Part shown: in pieces, positions 13,496-27,500 of the stretch
Layout: each line of letters starts with the position of its first letter
Position numbering within the stretch: position 1 is the first letter of the stretch
Assembly: GCA_029717555.1 (NCBI GenBank)
Contig: JAMDHS010000004.1
Location: 372,001 to 436,000 of the forward strand
Direction of reading: 5' to 3'
From: Peribolospora baueri
Taxonomy: Eukaryota
DNA length: 64,000 bases
Notes under the pieces: model-generated
Seen by the model: only the letters and a program-made list of their open reading frames with translations
What the model was told of the DNA's origin: nothing
Databases searched by the model: none
Program-made: the position numbers and the translations under genes

Positions 13496-14786
13496 ATGGA
13501 CGCCTCGAACGGCTCGGCTCAGACTCAGACCCCTTCGTCTGCAGTGGACATCTTGCGAAGAAAGCTTTCTGAACCGGGCATCGTCGTTTGTCCGGGAGTG
13601 TACGACGGAATATCTGCTAGGATGGCGCTCAAGGTGAGCTGCTTGGGCGACGTGACGCTCTGCCCTTGTCTCCGTCGCCCTTTCTGATCGCCACATCCGC
13701 TCGCGATCTTCATTCTCTTTGTCTCCATCCCTTGTCTTCACTTGTGACGCCTCGTAGGCAGGCGCGTCGGCGCTCTACATGACCGGCGCAGGCACTTCGG
13801 CCTCGCGCCTAGGACTCGCAGACCTCGGCTTTCTCTCCATGAACGACATGGTCGCCAACGCCGGCATGATCACCTCGATCGCAGGTTTCTCCGTGCCTCT
13901 TGTTGCCGACGCCGACACCGGCTTTGGTGGACCTGCGCAGATCGCGAGGACGGTCAGGGAGTATGAGAGGGCCGGCGTGGCTGCGCTGCACATTGAGGAT
14001 CAGAGTGAGTTGGGTGTGCCGACATGGGACGAAAACAGACTCCTCTCGTCCTCGCCGAGCTGACCATTGTACTCCATCGCACATCTCTCCTCCTTTTCCG
14101 CGATCATCTAGTCCAAACTAAGCGTTGTGGCCATCTCAACTCCAAGATCCTTGTTCCTATTTCCGACTTTGTAGGCCGCATGCGCGCCGCCTCCGCTGCC
14201 CGCTCCCCCAATTCTCCTATCGTCCTCATCGCGCGCACTGACGCCCTGGCTGTGTCAGGTTTCGACGATGCCATCGCTCGTCTCAAGGCCGCCAAGGAGG
14301 CGGGGGCGGACGTGGCGTTTTTGGAAGGTCTGACGACGGAGGAGGAAGCCGTCAGGGCCGTCAGGGAACTTGCACCCATGCCGCTGCTGGTGAACCTGGT
14401 GCAGGGCGGAAAGACGCCACTTTGGAGCGTTCAGGACGCGCAGAGGATCGGGTTCAAGATCGCTATCTTCCCCACTGCCGGCATCTGTGAGTACCCATCC
14501 CCTTACCTCGCCAATGTCTCACGGTGTCTGTCAAGTCCGCTCACAACCCAATTGGCTTCCACTGTCCTTCCACTCCGGGCGCACCAAAGTCCCTGCGGCG
14601 GCACATCTGCACCGCTCGTACGCAAACCTCATCAACACGGGCCTCGGTCTCGACTCGGACGTTTCGGCGGGCGATCCCGCCTCCAAAATCACCCTCCGTG
14701 ACTTCTTCGGCTACCACGGCCTCGACGAGGCTATGAAGATCGACGAGACGGCCATGGGCATGGCCGGCGCTTATAAAGGCGTGTGA
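13496..14786 (+). CDS. Isocitrate lyase/PEP mutase superfamily enzyme, OAH-like / 2,3-dimethylmalate lyase-like; 4 exons
   Basis: Motifs PGVYDGISAR, YMTGAGTSASRLGLADLG, ADADTGFGGP, HIEDQ-IQTKRCGHL (catalytic Cys loop), IARTDAL, GADVAFLEG, NLVQGGKTP, GFKIAIFP. Confidence 0.92.
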
Positions 14787-16109
14787 TGTGTTCAGGTACG
14801 AGACGCGGACGTTCGCTAGAATGGAAAAAAGAAAAACTTTGGAGTTGGCATCGTCGGTTGAAGCTCGCGACAAAATTGCCGGCAGGAAGTTGTTCCCGGG
14901 CTCAATATTCCAGCGCTGAAAGATCCGGGTATGACGGAGAATAGTGCATTCGGCCAATCGAGTTATGTTTTCTTTTCGTTGCGACGGAAGGCGATCGACG
15001 GCGCTTCATCAAGATTGGAATGGAATCTCCGAATCCAAAGCCGCATTTTGGTAGTGATCACGAGAGGCAGTGGCCGTGGGAGAGAGAAGCGTCCCGGCGA
15101 TGGAAGGCGATGGAATGAATGCCTTTGCAAGAGCCGGAGACGAATCGCCGAGAGAAGGAATAGAACGGGCAAGAGCGAAACTCGCGCGAAGAGAACCGAG
15201 TTGCTTTAATCGATAGAAGGTGAACCAAAGTAGCAGTGGCCATTAATGAGTCCTATCTAAGGGGACATACACTGCAAGGATGCATGTAGACGATGACTAG
15301 AGCCTTGTCTACTTCCAGCGCCCCTTGAGCAGAACGGAACCCAAAAGCGCTCACTCCCCACGTAGGACTGAGCTCCAGTGGGACCTCGGGGTGCAGCGAT
15401 CCCAGTTGGCATCCCTCTGCAACCCGTCGACAGGGCACTGAAGGGAGGGGGAATGGTCTACTTCTACTTGGAGAGGGGAATGGTCTGTTTCACTAGCTTG
15501 GGGGTAAGCGGTTTGGAAGGAAGGACGATCGTCATCCCTAACTTCAACCAAACGACCTAAGCCGCCCTTCAAAGCTTCGCGACCGACCATTTCCAACGCT
15601 AGGCGGGCTTCTTCGGCCTCGCCGAATTGGCCATCAACTCCGCACCAAGCGATGCAACGAACTATTCACGGTTCGACCTCATGTACGTCACTCCCTCGAA
15701 CACGACAGGCAGCGTCGAGGAGCGGCTTTGCTAAGCACGGGAGTACATGCGCCGTGCGAAGCTTCGTCAAAAAGCCTGGCTACGATCAGGCGAAAACTCG
15801 TCCAGTACCGGGTGAAATGGGCCGGATATGGCGTTGATCAAGCCACCTGGCAAGTCGAAACGGACCTTTTGGAGGACAGGTGTATCAGAATGAGGTAGAG
15901 TGCAAAGGTGGAGATCCCGGTGAGCGTTGGAAGAGGAACTCGGGCGAGTCCCAGCCCATGTTGCCGAGCTTTCCGAGCATCGACTGGTCCAATCTGACAC
16001 GTTACATAGGAGATGCAGACGAACGTACGAAACTGCACATTTACGGACGCAAGCGCGGATGCAACCATGGACGCGTTAACTCCTACTAATCTTCCGTATA
16101 CGGCGGGTC

Positions 16110-19100
16110 TCAGTAAATGTACCTGAAATCCAGGTTCTCCCTATCCGTCAGATCGGCGAAGGCCTTGTCAATCACCTTCTCCCTCCTCGTGCCGTCCGCC
16201 GATACCACTTCGATCACCGCCGCACCCTCCCCTCTCTCGTGCTCTTCGTGTTTCTCTGTCTCGCCTAGATTGCCGCCCTCGCCGTCGGCATTCGCTCCGG
16301 CCTTGGACGTAGCAGCCCAGCCCTGTTCACGAGCGGCGGCGGCAGCAAGGGCATCCCGGCGCTTGTTCTCTCTGATCAAGGCGAAGCGAACACAGAGGAG
16401 GATGATGGCTGTGAAGGTGGTGAAAACGGACAGAAGGTTGAGGGTGATATGATGTTGGCTCCACTGATCCTACGAGACAAGACTTGACAGAAAGATGTAG
16501 CAAAGTATGCAGGGCAAAAGAGCACCCACGGCAAATGGTGTAGCAAACCACGATGGTGGCCCACTGTGGTCGGTTCCTGGGAAGCCAGCGGCTCAACCAC
16601 ATCTGAGGGCCGATGAGGTTGCCGAGGCAGTAGCCGATAAGGTTGATCGCGTTGGTTGTTGCCTTTTTCTGTCCGAGGCGTTATGATCGTGGAGAGGTTG
16701 CGGAAAAGTAAAAACGCAGTCGGAAGACGGAGAGTGATGTCAGTACGAGCTACGGACTGATACCGCGTCCAATCCCGCATTACTGGATCAAAGGTAATCC
16801 AACTCACGGTGTGTCCGGCAGTGTTGGAGTTCAACATCGATATGCCGAACACGAAGCCGGTTGTGCCGACGCCGGTGATGTAAAGCGAGCAGAGAAGACC
16901 GACCTTGTTGGACGAGGGGAGAGATAGAACGAGGATGGAGCCCAAGATCTGATTGTTTGGCCCGAGCAAAGGAGAGAAAGGTACGGTGATGAGTACGGCA
17001 GCATCCACGATTATCGAGGCCCAACTAAGACCCGATCGGCCTCACTGGGAAAGGAAAACACAACCAAGAAACAACTGTCATCAGGAGAGGCAGAGCTGGC
17101 GAGAAAACGCCGAAAACAGGAGACGCACCGTTCGGAATGAAGTAAATCGCGGAGATTATAACAAGGGCATTCTTCCACCTTCCTGCGAGGAATGCGCCGC
17201 TGGAGATGGTGAGGACTTCAACGAACCCGATGGGGAGGTTGAGAAGTGTCGTTTGGAGGGTCGAGAAGCCAAATGAGTTGATGATGATCGACTGAAGCAA
17301 AGAAGAAGGCCGAAGTCGAGAAAATGACAAGAAGATTAAGGTAATCGATTTTTGACAGAAACAGTCCGGGTTCGAAGCTCACATATTGGCTAAAGAGGCC
17401 GCGTGCCGAGAGGGAGAGGGAACAAAGAGTCAGGTCGGATATATGCATCGAATCCCGCGCAGTGTAATGATTTTAAGCAAACTTACTTGGTCAGAGAATT
17501 GGGGATCTTTAGGAGCGGACCCATGGAAGGAGCGATGGGAAAAGGTTCATCAGAATCAGTTTCCTGTTGGAGGCTCACACGGCGTCTCTTCCGCCAAGCT
17601 AACGGGTGGAATGCATAGAATCTCACGTTGTCCAACAGAGAGAACATGAAAAAAGCCCATGTCTTCCAATCCTTGAGGGCCTCGATGAATTGGTATCGTT
17701 TCCAGTGCTTGTTGCCCACTCCTGTCTGGTTCTCGCGGATACGGTCGACAGCCTGTCGGTCATAGGACGAGACCATAGAGAAAATTGTCTAATCTCGCGC
17801 TTTCTGTAGGTTGAGACGGTGGAGAGGCGAAGGGGAATCACTCACTGTCGCGCGCTCCTCTTTCGAGAGGAACCAAGCCTGCATTGCAATTGTGAGGCAC
17901 ATCGTAAGCTTCCAATCTTAGGCAAGCAGATGAGGTCTAAAACCTCCCATGCGACTCACTGTCGTAGGACTATCAGGGAAGAAGAGGAAGAAGACGATCC
18001 CCAATACAAAAGTGAAAGAGCCGGTGATGATCATGTAGAGCCTCCAAGGTGCGATGGCCGTATGAGCGTGCAGCACGCCATAGGACATGAGTCCGCTGGA
18101 AGAAATGAAATGAGGTTCGAGGACAGGCTTGTAAGTAGCCGCACGTACTCCGAATCATTCGTCCTAAGAGCATCCGAAGGACTGAGCGAATCAACTCACC
18201 TGACAATTATAGCCGTTCCATTTTGCAAGAATACAAAACTGAATCGACGTGCTTGCTCGGCAAGGGTGTAGAACTGCGAGGTGACGAGGAGGAAACTGTC
18301 GAAACGCATATGGGTTAATTGAAAAACAAGCACGAGCGTTTCCGGGGTGAGAGACAATGGCGAGTCGCTGTGCTCAACGACGAAAGACAGAAATAAAATG
18401 CCACTCTGATAACCGTCCCACCTGCGCTCACCCAGCAGTGATAGCTCCCTCACATGCTCCGAGGAAAAGGCGACAAACAAACAAGCCAGCGAAATTGGTG
18501 CAAGCGGCATGGCAGATGAGTACGATGCCCCATATGGTGATGTTAGTTGCTAGCCATTTTCCGATGGGGAGGCGTTGGAGGGCGACGGATTGGGGCCATT
18601 CAAAGACTTAGACGGGGAAAATAAGACGGCACGAACGGGGACGGAAATTGAGACCCAAGTCGAGATGCTTCAGAGGCGAAGACTCAAATTGGCGTTAGAG
18701 CTCTGGCAGTGACGGGCTCTCACCAAGATAAGCTGATGGCGATACCATGGTGAGAACGCAGAAGTGCATTGTGAATAGAAGACGGTAAGAACGGATAGTA
18801 CGCTCAAAGAAAAGTAGCACCTGACGGTGGACTCACAGATGTAGAAGATTGTGCTGAGCATGTTATACTCGCTGGACTGAGCGTTTGGGATAGAAGACAG
18901 GAAGGAAGTTGAAGGGAGACTGAGTGGGGTTTGGTGCGTAATCTTATATACGGATTGCTCACGCTCAGCCTGGTGTCCTGGCGGATGCCTACAACGTGAT
19001 AGACGACAGGGTATAGTGCAGACCGAGAAGTGTCAGCGATCACCTCCCCTTGGAACCGATCATCACCGCACGAAAGAACGCTCTTACGTACCAAGAATAG

Positions 19101-19501
19101 AGCTCGAGCCGAGGGTGGTCTTGTCTTGAAATTGAATCCAGTACAACACCTAAACTCAGTGTGGTGGGATGGGCATCAGCATTGGTGGGCTCTCTCCGCA
19201 TATGCTCAGTCCTAGTTTTGCTCACCATCATGAGCGGCATGAGGACCATGTCTGCCTTGCGCCTAACCCTCCTCCCCTCCTCTTCGCTGACTTTGCGACC
19301 TGTCGCGTACGCTGCCGCCTCGTCTGCATCGGCCGCCTTGAGGTGGAGTGTCCTATCCATTTGATGGTGGCTAGAGCGAGGCGGAGTGCGCATAGCTGCT
19401 GCTTCCTCGTCCGTACTGTGGGCCGAGCGGGCGCGAACGTTAGCGGTGGCAGCGCTCTTCTCGTCCGGTTTGGACGATGTGGGGGATAGGGATGACGACA
19501 T
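16110..19501 (-). CDS. MFS transporter, allantoate permease (Dal5)/anion:cation symporter family; many exons
   Basis: Exons give RVRRKADMVLMPLM, QFQDKTTLGSSSILG, FEWPQSVALQRLPIGKWL, NFAGLFVCRLFLGACEGAITAG, SQFYTLAEQARR, RIRENQTGVGNKHWKRYQFIEALKD, SNTAGHT, GYCLGNLIGP and C-terminal AFADLTDRENLDFRYIY. Confidence 0.93.
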
Positions 19502-20564
19502 TAGAGCCAGGACCCAGTTGAATGTGTATCGAGAACAGAGAGAGCGAATGTAGTGGAAGGGCAAGGGTTGCTGGGTCGAGGCCGCGTACGGGACTGAGAA
19601 GGACGGAGAGGCGGAGCTGGTGGGGGGAGGAGGGGCGGGCGAGTCTATGGATGAAGGCAGGGGGCTGCGGGGACGATTACCGCCGGAGCCAGGGACGAGA
19701 AGCCTTTAAAGCGTTCCTGTCTCCTCATGTCCGGATGTCCGGACGCCTTGAGCGCCAGGCGATCCAAGCGAGCGTTCATTCGGGCGTGAAACTCGTGGTT
19801 GTGTACCAAGGTAGAAACTTTGGCAGCCAAGGTAGATAGGTAGATAGTTGGACTATTTTGTCCGATTTGGCCAAGCTGCGCAGAGGAATAAGGACGGGAG
19901 AAAGACGCGATAAGGCAAAGAATCCCGGCGGCTGTCTTGAACGACGGTCGAGCGACGGGGGCAGATAGCAGGGCTGGTGGGGAAACGTCTTGTTCCGTCA
20001 GCCTGGTATCTCCACTGGGGTCCGCCTGACGGCTGCTTGAACAGAACAGCCGCTCCCGATGAGTCTGGAGGCTGCGACATATGTGATTGCGCGTGGTTAT
20101 CATCCGTCGTTGAAAGACTGTGCCGCGATTTGAAAATGGCTTATCACCGCCCTAGGGTACCCAGTACCCAATCATGGCCAGGCGAGGCAAGTACTCCACG
20201 TCGAGATGCGCGCATTCTGGCCTCTCATCCGCAATTATCAGTCGGCAAGCACTCGCGTTCGTCGCCGTCGCCGCTTGCGCGAGTGAGATACAACGTCGCA
20301 CTCGACCGCGCCCACCTCTGTCCAGCACGTCAGCGCCTCGTCGGCGATCCACTCCACAGCATTATTATGTAGCAGGCGGGCGGACGAGCTACGTCACGTG
20401 TGCCGCAGTCGGTAGCTCGTCGGCCGCAGTCGCCCGAGGTCAGCGCCGAGGCGGCGCTCAGGATTGCACCGCATCGAGTCTTCGATCATACGATCACCGC
20501 CTCTCTTTCCCGGTTCATTCGACGTCGCTTGTTACGAAAGAAAAGGGAAGCCGCCTTCTTTCGG

Positions 20565-22431
20565 ATGGCTTACTCTTCGGTGGTTGGCGCGACCCCGTCC
20601 GCGCTGACGACGCTCCTCGACACGGCCAAGGACGCGGTCTACGGCCTGACGTCTTGCTTCTGCTCTCCGACACAAGCGCCGCTCAAGATCAACGGGCGGT
20701 CGTTCAAGGTGCTCAAACTTCTAGGCGAAGGCGGGTTCAGCTTTGTCTATTTGGCACAGGACTCTGATTCGGGGAGGCAGTTTGCGCTCAAGAAGATCAG
20801 GTGTCCGTACGGGAGTCAGGAGCTGGCAGAGGCGATGAAGGAGGTCGAGGCTTATAGGCGGTTTAGGTGAGTGATCAGTTGGTGAAGAACCTGTGGTCGA
20901 GCTGCAGTTGCGAGGACGGCTCTTTATCAAGGGAATTTAGTTGACATTGTTCTCTGCTTCGATCCCACATTTCCAACAGGCACCCGAATATCATCCGGTG
21001 CATCGACTCTGCAGTCGTGCAAGATCGTGAGGGTGACGGCAAGATCATCTACCTCTTCTTGCCATTTTATAAGGTCGGCAATATAGAACCCTTGCCCGTC
21101 TTCCTTTGTGCCATCATGTTGACACCTTTTCTTCTCGCCTCTGCTCGCAGAGGGGCAACGTCCAGGACGCGATCAACTCCCACTCCCTCTCCAACACCTC
21201 TTTCCCAGAACGCGAGATGCTCCTCCTCTTCCACGGCACTTGCGATGCTGTCAAGGCGATGCATCATTATCGGCTTCCGGGCGGAGGCGTTCGTGCGCAT
21301 GCAGGTTCCCGACACCGTGGTCCGTCTTCTTCCGCAGCTGGGGCGAGCGCTGAGGAAGGAGGGGAAAGGGACAGTGCTGGGAAGGACGCGGTTGAGAAGG
21401 ACTACCCGAATGGGAACGGCAACGAGACGGAGAACGGCAGGGAAGAGGACGAAGTCCCGCTCATGACCGCCCACCCAGAGCGAGTGCCCAGCCCCTCCTA
21501 CCCTCCCAAACCGCGGGCAGATCGATCGTCAGCGATGGAGGGAGAGGATGGGGATGAGGTGGTGCAATCGGCATTGGGTGAGGATGGGGAAGGTACGGAG
21601 GCAGGGAGAAAGGGTGCAATGGTACCATATGCGCATCGGGATATCAAGCCTGGGTGAGTGTGCGTGGGGCTGGACACAGGTGACGTTCCCGCTGACTTCG
21701 ACAGGCTTCTATGCATGTCCTTTTTGCTCCACCTGTCGTCTACGGCTTTGTCCCTCACAGCAATGTGATGATCGCCGACGACGGTCATCCCGTCCTCATG
21801 GACTTTGGCTCGGCCATCAGGGCACGAATGAATGTGCGAACAAGGGCTGAAGCTCTCGCTCAACAGGTGGGTCTTGGAGTTGCTCTCCTTTTGTACGCGG
21901 CTCCATTTCTCACTTGGACCATTTAGACTAATCGTCATCTGTTTGTTGGCTTCGACTCAGGACATGGCTGCCGAGCGATCGACGATGCCGTACCGCGCGC
22001 CAGAGTTGTTCGACGTCAAGACGGACACTATTTTGGACGAGAAGGTGGACATTTGGGTGCGTCGCTCCTTCTTCTGATGAGTGATGGGTCGGCAAGACCA
22101 TTTCTGCGTGCCTCGTCTTTGGCACTTGCGTCTCCACAATCCCGTCCTTACCTCTTCCGTCTCTTCCATCGCTCCCGGAAAGTCCCTCGGCGCGACGCTC
22201 TTTGCGATGGCCTACCACCACTCCCCCTTCGAGACACAACAGATAGTCGAACAGGGCGGCTCGCTCGCGATGGCCGTCCTCAACGGCTCGTACCGGTTCC
22301 CCGCTTCCGATCACTATTCCGAGGGAACGAGGGAGATCATAAAGCGCTGCCTCGTCGTCGATCCTAAGCAGCGAGCTGATATTGAGGAGGTCATCGAGTT
22401 GACGGACAAGGCCATCCGGTCCGTGTCATAG
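20565..22431 (+). CDS. ENV7: NAK-family Ser/Thr kinase, Env7/STK16 (MPSK1) orthologue
   Basis: N-terminal SCFC Cys cluster, LKINGRSFKVLKLLGEGGFSFVYL, FALKKIRC, HPNII, HRDIKPGN, LMDFGS, STMPYRAPELFDVKT, DEKVDIWSLG; about 6 exons. Confidence 0.93.
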
Positions 22432-23206
22432 CCTCGCGGCGCGGAACTGGCAAAACGAGGTGCCGTCAGTGCGGGCCCTCTCTTCGGCAGATGAGAGGGG
22501 CACGGCAGGGCAGGACAGTGTGAGACGCCCGAGGCAGAGGGGCTCGATAACATGGACATTTTGCTACCCAATGACAATGCAATGCAGTGCCAGTTCTAAT
22601 GGTTTGCTTTGTGAGACTGGAAAAGGACGAATGGGTGTTTCGGCTGTGAGGCGAGAACGAACCCCACTGGATCCTTCAGCGCCTGCAACAATCCCATCTG
22701 GTCTGGATATTCATCTCCCTCGTTCGGACCATCCAATTTTCCGCTTTCAGGCCTTGACTGGCCAGTGTACCACACACGGCGACAAAGCAGCTGATCCGAT
22801 TCAAGGCGGCCAACATCACTTTGATCCCCGATACCTATGAGTCCTGCCCATCTGGCCGGATCATTGCTCACCGTGTGACCATTGGTTGGCCGAGCCGAGT
22901 GTCTGTCTCGCACTTGACCATCCGATGCGCTCCTGCATCCCTCTTTTCCCCGGCCCGCCGACGCCAGATCGTGAAGAGGTGATTGACTTCCTTAACGGAG
23001 CCGAGTGCGACGAGGTATTCAGCCGCTAATCGCTAGCTCGTGACCAGCCCGCTAGCTCCGACCTGCTCTTTCTAGAGGAAAGGCAGAAAAGGGGAGAACG
23101 GTCGCTCTGCTTCCTCCCGCCCTTCTCTCTTTCCTCCCGACCGCACCGGAGCACGTAAGTGCGTTGTATGCATGGGACGCGAGATGAGCATCCTTGGATC
23201 CGCCTG

Positions 23207-24083
23207 CTACGGTTGTATGGACAAGATCTCCTTCTCGCTCCTTGCCAAGTACTCCTCTACTCCACTGTCTACTTCCGAGCTTGGCTCTGATAGCTGAGAA
23301 ACACCAGCCACGGCGGCGACGGGTGTTGGTAGTGAAGAAAGGCCGAGGGAAGGTTTATTGGAAGGATGCACTTGTGCTTGCATTCTGGACGCTGCGGCTG
23401 TTCTGCTCGCCGAGGGGAGAGAGAGAGCTACTCTTCGGTCGTAGCGGATCGCGGCTAGTTGTGTCTTTTTGATCGTGCCTGTGGCGAGACGATGGCGGAG
23501 GGCAGGGCGAGGACAAGGGAAGAGGGGCGCAGCAAACACGGAGGATGAGCTGACAGGCGAGCAGACCGACTCCCTCCGCTAAACGAAGCAGCGGACCGAA
23601 TCGACCCACCACCACAGTGAAGCACTCTGATGGCGACCTCCTTGCCCGCGATCCTGCGTAGAAATGTGGCGGCGGCCCAGACGATCGTGACCCATTCCCT
23701 TGAGCACCTGACGATGGCGAGCTTGGTGAGCGAGGAGTAGTACTTGCACTGCAAGGACGTCGAGCCGGCGGTGCCGGCGCCAAAGTCGCCAAAGTTGAGC
23801 TGGATGGAGGCGCGAAGGGCGGAGGTGATGTAGTGGGCCGTCACGGTGGGAGGCAGGGAGGCGGTCGCGGGTAGGGTGGAGGTGGAGGGGAGGAGCGGAT
23901 GCGGACTTGGCGTAGTGAGCTCGAGGAGGAGCCAACGGTTCTGTGGGCGGTCGAACGGTCGCATCAGCTCTTCGAATGCCCAGAGCATCTGCGCTGGTCG
24001 CCCATGCTTGTCCAGCACCTTCCTTCCTTCCTTCCTTCCTTCCTTCAGCGTGCGGTCCCTTCACTCACCTTGAAGCGGACCAT
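23207..24083 (-). CDS. POP5: RNase P/MRP protein subunit Pop5 (Rpp14/Pop5 family); 3 exons
   Basis: MVRFK|NRWLL (15-nt first exon), SIQLNFGDFGAG, LQCKYYSSLTKLAIVRCSRE, IRVLHCG-TIKKTQLAAI. Confidence 0.93.
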
Positions 24084-24575
24084 GGTAAGCGCTCAGTGGA
24101 TGGGCAAATGGGGCAACTTGGCCGTTTGAGAAACGGTGGTCGGCGTGGTCGCTGGTGGGGGTGGGTGGTGGAAGAAGAGATTCGGTCTGATCGATGATCG
24201 AATGAATGTGCCGCGCTCGCTCATCCCTTCATGCGTGACCTCCATGCCCACCAGCATGTCCCTTCTGCCTGGCCCGACCGTATGGTCATTAGACTGGCCG
24301 TCGGGTCGGTCGAATCGTACGACATCGTCTCACTCTCCTCGTCATCGCGCCAGCTCGCTAGACTCGAGCGTGCACAGACAACGTGAAAGTCTCATCGTCG
24401 CGCTGATCTCATCGTCGCGCTGACGGCGTCTAAACGTGCCTCGGCTGTGACGGGCACCGAGCGGGGAGCTGTTAACTAGCCGCCTCATCGTCTTCCTCTC
24501 CGAGCCTTTCTTGGCTTCTCCACTGCAACTATCACTCGCCATCTCGATCCTACTCATCTTCACGTCTCGCCGGCC

Positions 24576-27500
24576 ATGAGGAGCCGCCAACGGACCTTCA
24601 ACTGTTACCACCTTCAAAGCTCCCTTTTCCCTCTCCTCATCGCCGCGCTCTCGCTGTCGCCGTCCCAGGGCGCAAATGCGGGGCAACACTATGGTTCCGA
24701 TGAGGTACAACTTCGAGGATCTTCGATCCATGACACCAGGTCAGCTTTCCTGTCTTGTCTTTTGAAATTCACCTTCCGTCATTCTACCTCCGCCCCCCGC
24801 CCTTGAACTGACCAAGCCACCAGAGCTATGAACCGGACCGCTGACCCTTCGCTCCGTCCGCAATCTCAGCACGTCCGGGCTCGGATCGAACGCCAGCGTT
24901 CCGACGATAACGCTGCGTCAGGGAACGCTGGTCGGCATTTCCGATGGCTCGTCCGAGAGCTTCTTGGGTGAGCGCGCGCGTCGACCGCCGCGCAGGGGCT
25001 CGCAGGGTGGTGTGAAGTAGACGGCACGCCGATGGCTGACGGCTCATCACCCCCCTCCGCCCCTCTGTTAACCTGACAACGCAACACAGGCGTAAGGTAC
25101 GCTCAATCGCCTCTAGGCCCTCTTCGCTGGGCGCGGCCCCTTCCTCCCAAGCCGGATCCGCACGGAGTCTACGACGCTACTCAGTTCGGCGACATATGCA
25201 ACCAGCCGCCGGTGGGTCCCGCTTTCGCTTCTCCTTTATCGCCCGGTCGATCCTTCCGACTTTGCGATACGGAGAGTACGCCGGTGAAGACTTCGAAGCG
25301 AAGCCTGGAGACGACGAAGAGGGGCTGACTGCCGGACATGCCTTGTGCCCCTTCGATCCTCGTCTCCCGTCGCATGGGTGGGCCAGGGCGCCGGAATAGT
25401 AAATACGTCAGAGGACTGCCTTTACGCCAATATCTACAGGCCCGCCGGTACGAAGTAGGTGTCCCGCATGGAAGACTCTTTGGGTCGAGTGTTCGCATTG
25501 TTGATGAGTTGTGTGAACCGTTTCTCTTCCTTCGCCACGGTCTCTTTGGCGACGCTAGGCCTGGCGTAAAGTTACCCATCATGGTGTGGGTGCACGGTGG
25601 TGAGTACCCGTCGTGTCATTATGGCTATTCGCCTGCCGTCACATTGCTGTCTACGCGCGCTGAGCGTAATGATCTCTCCACGCCTCGCCGCCGCACATCA
25701 CCTCTGCCAGGCGGATTCTTCTCCGGGCGATCGAATCAATTCGATGGCACGCCGCTCGTCCAAGCAAGCCAGAATGCCGTGAGCCGTTTGTTTGCCTGGG
25801 CTTGTGTCGTGTTTCGCTGTTCACGCCAACATTGACATTGACGCTGTGCTTTGGATTTGTGTTTATGTTCTAGTCAGAACCAGTCATCTTAGTGACCTTC
25901 AACTACGTAAGTATATTCTTCCCTTCCTCCGTACCCTCCACACGGCAGCACCCACTTTGACATCTTCCTCGCGTCACTGCCCCTCTCTATCTCCCAGCGT
26001 CTCGGTGCCTTCGGCTTCCTCGCTTCGTCCGAGTTCCGACAAGCTCAAGATGCAGGCGACGTCGTCGTTAACGCGGGCTTCCACGACATGCGGGCAGCAT
26101 TCAAGTGGGTGCACGACAACGCCCCTCAGCTTGGAGGCGATCCTGATAGGGTGAGCTGTGGTGATTGTCTCGTCTTTGATGTACTCACAAAGCAACAAGA
26201 TTCAGCTCGCTCCGCATAACGTCTGACCTACCCTTCTCATCCATTTCCTTCCCTCCAGATCACCGCCTTTGGAGAGAGCGCTGGTGCAATCGGCCTAGGC
26301 GCCAACCTCATCGCCAAAGGCGGGAGCATCTCCTCCATCTCCGGCGCTATTCTTGAATCTGGCGGACCTCAGATCACCATATTTCCCTCCTCCCATCCGT
26401 CCGTCGAAGAGCGTTTCCGGACGTTCGTCGAGATGGTGGGCTGCGGAGACTCGACCGCTGCGATGGCCGACGCCATGACGACGGCGACTCAGAAACACCG
26501 CGACCTCCTTGCGGCCGCCTTTCTGGGACGCGCCGCGCCAGCGCTTCTCGAGGGCGATCACAACCTCTGTACCATCCCATCCTCCTCTTCCCTCAATCCC
26601 TCACGTCTCGCGTGCCTCCGGGCCGCCCCGCACGACACTCTCGCAGCGGCCTCCAACGCTATCTTCCTTAACTCAAGTGCCGCGAACGCTAACAGCACCA
26701 ACTACGTTCCCGGGTACTTCCCCTGGCTACCCGTGTTCGACGATTTCTTTTACGAGGATTTGCCAAGCAGGCGCTTGGCAGAGGGCAAGGTCGCGGTGAG
26801 TCGATCTGATGCAAGGAGCGAAACGGACGGCTTGAACTGATCTACGATTCGTGGACCTTGGTCATCCTAAGGACATCCCCATCATCAGCGGAGACAACGC
26901 GTGCGTCCAAAGCCAACCGTGCTCTTGTGTGGGATCTTGCGGGAGACTCTGCTTTGCCGACCAATCGACGTGCTAATCGTCTTTTGTGCCTGTCTCGCCC
27001 TCGCAACGTGACAGCGATGAGGGAACGCTGTTCGCGCCGCAGAACTTAAATAATTCGCAAGACTTTGTCAAATGGTTAAGGAGTGAGCCCTCAGGCGCTC
27101 GCTACTGGATCAAGACTGGCGTGATCCGGTACCAGTCCCTGACCTCATCTTTCCGCCATATCTGTCGCTCTTTTTAGCTATTTCCTTCGTCCACAACGAC
27201 TCCTCCAAAGCGGACAACGTCCAGTCAGGTATTCTTACCCACTACCCGAACATACCCGCTCTCGGCGAACCAGGATATTACGCCAACCCGGCACCCAACG
27301 CAATCGGCTCTGCCGTCTCGTCTTTCGACCCCTCGGATCGGTATTTTCCCGGATCAGACAACCAGTTCAAGCGGGCTGCCGCTTTCTTTGGCGATTGGAG
27401 GTACGAGAGCGGAAGGAGGGCGCTGTTGAAGGCTGCTTCGAAGAAAGAGCGCGGGACCTCGAGCGACAAGGATGATCACCGAATTGGGACCAGGAGGAAG

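Noticed and set aside
14900..16100. Possible small gene or transposon relic between the lyase and MFS genes
   Set aside because: Only short ORFs (under ~95 aa) and a short duplicated AGGGGAATGGTCT motif; no recognisable domain or consistent exon chain.
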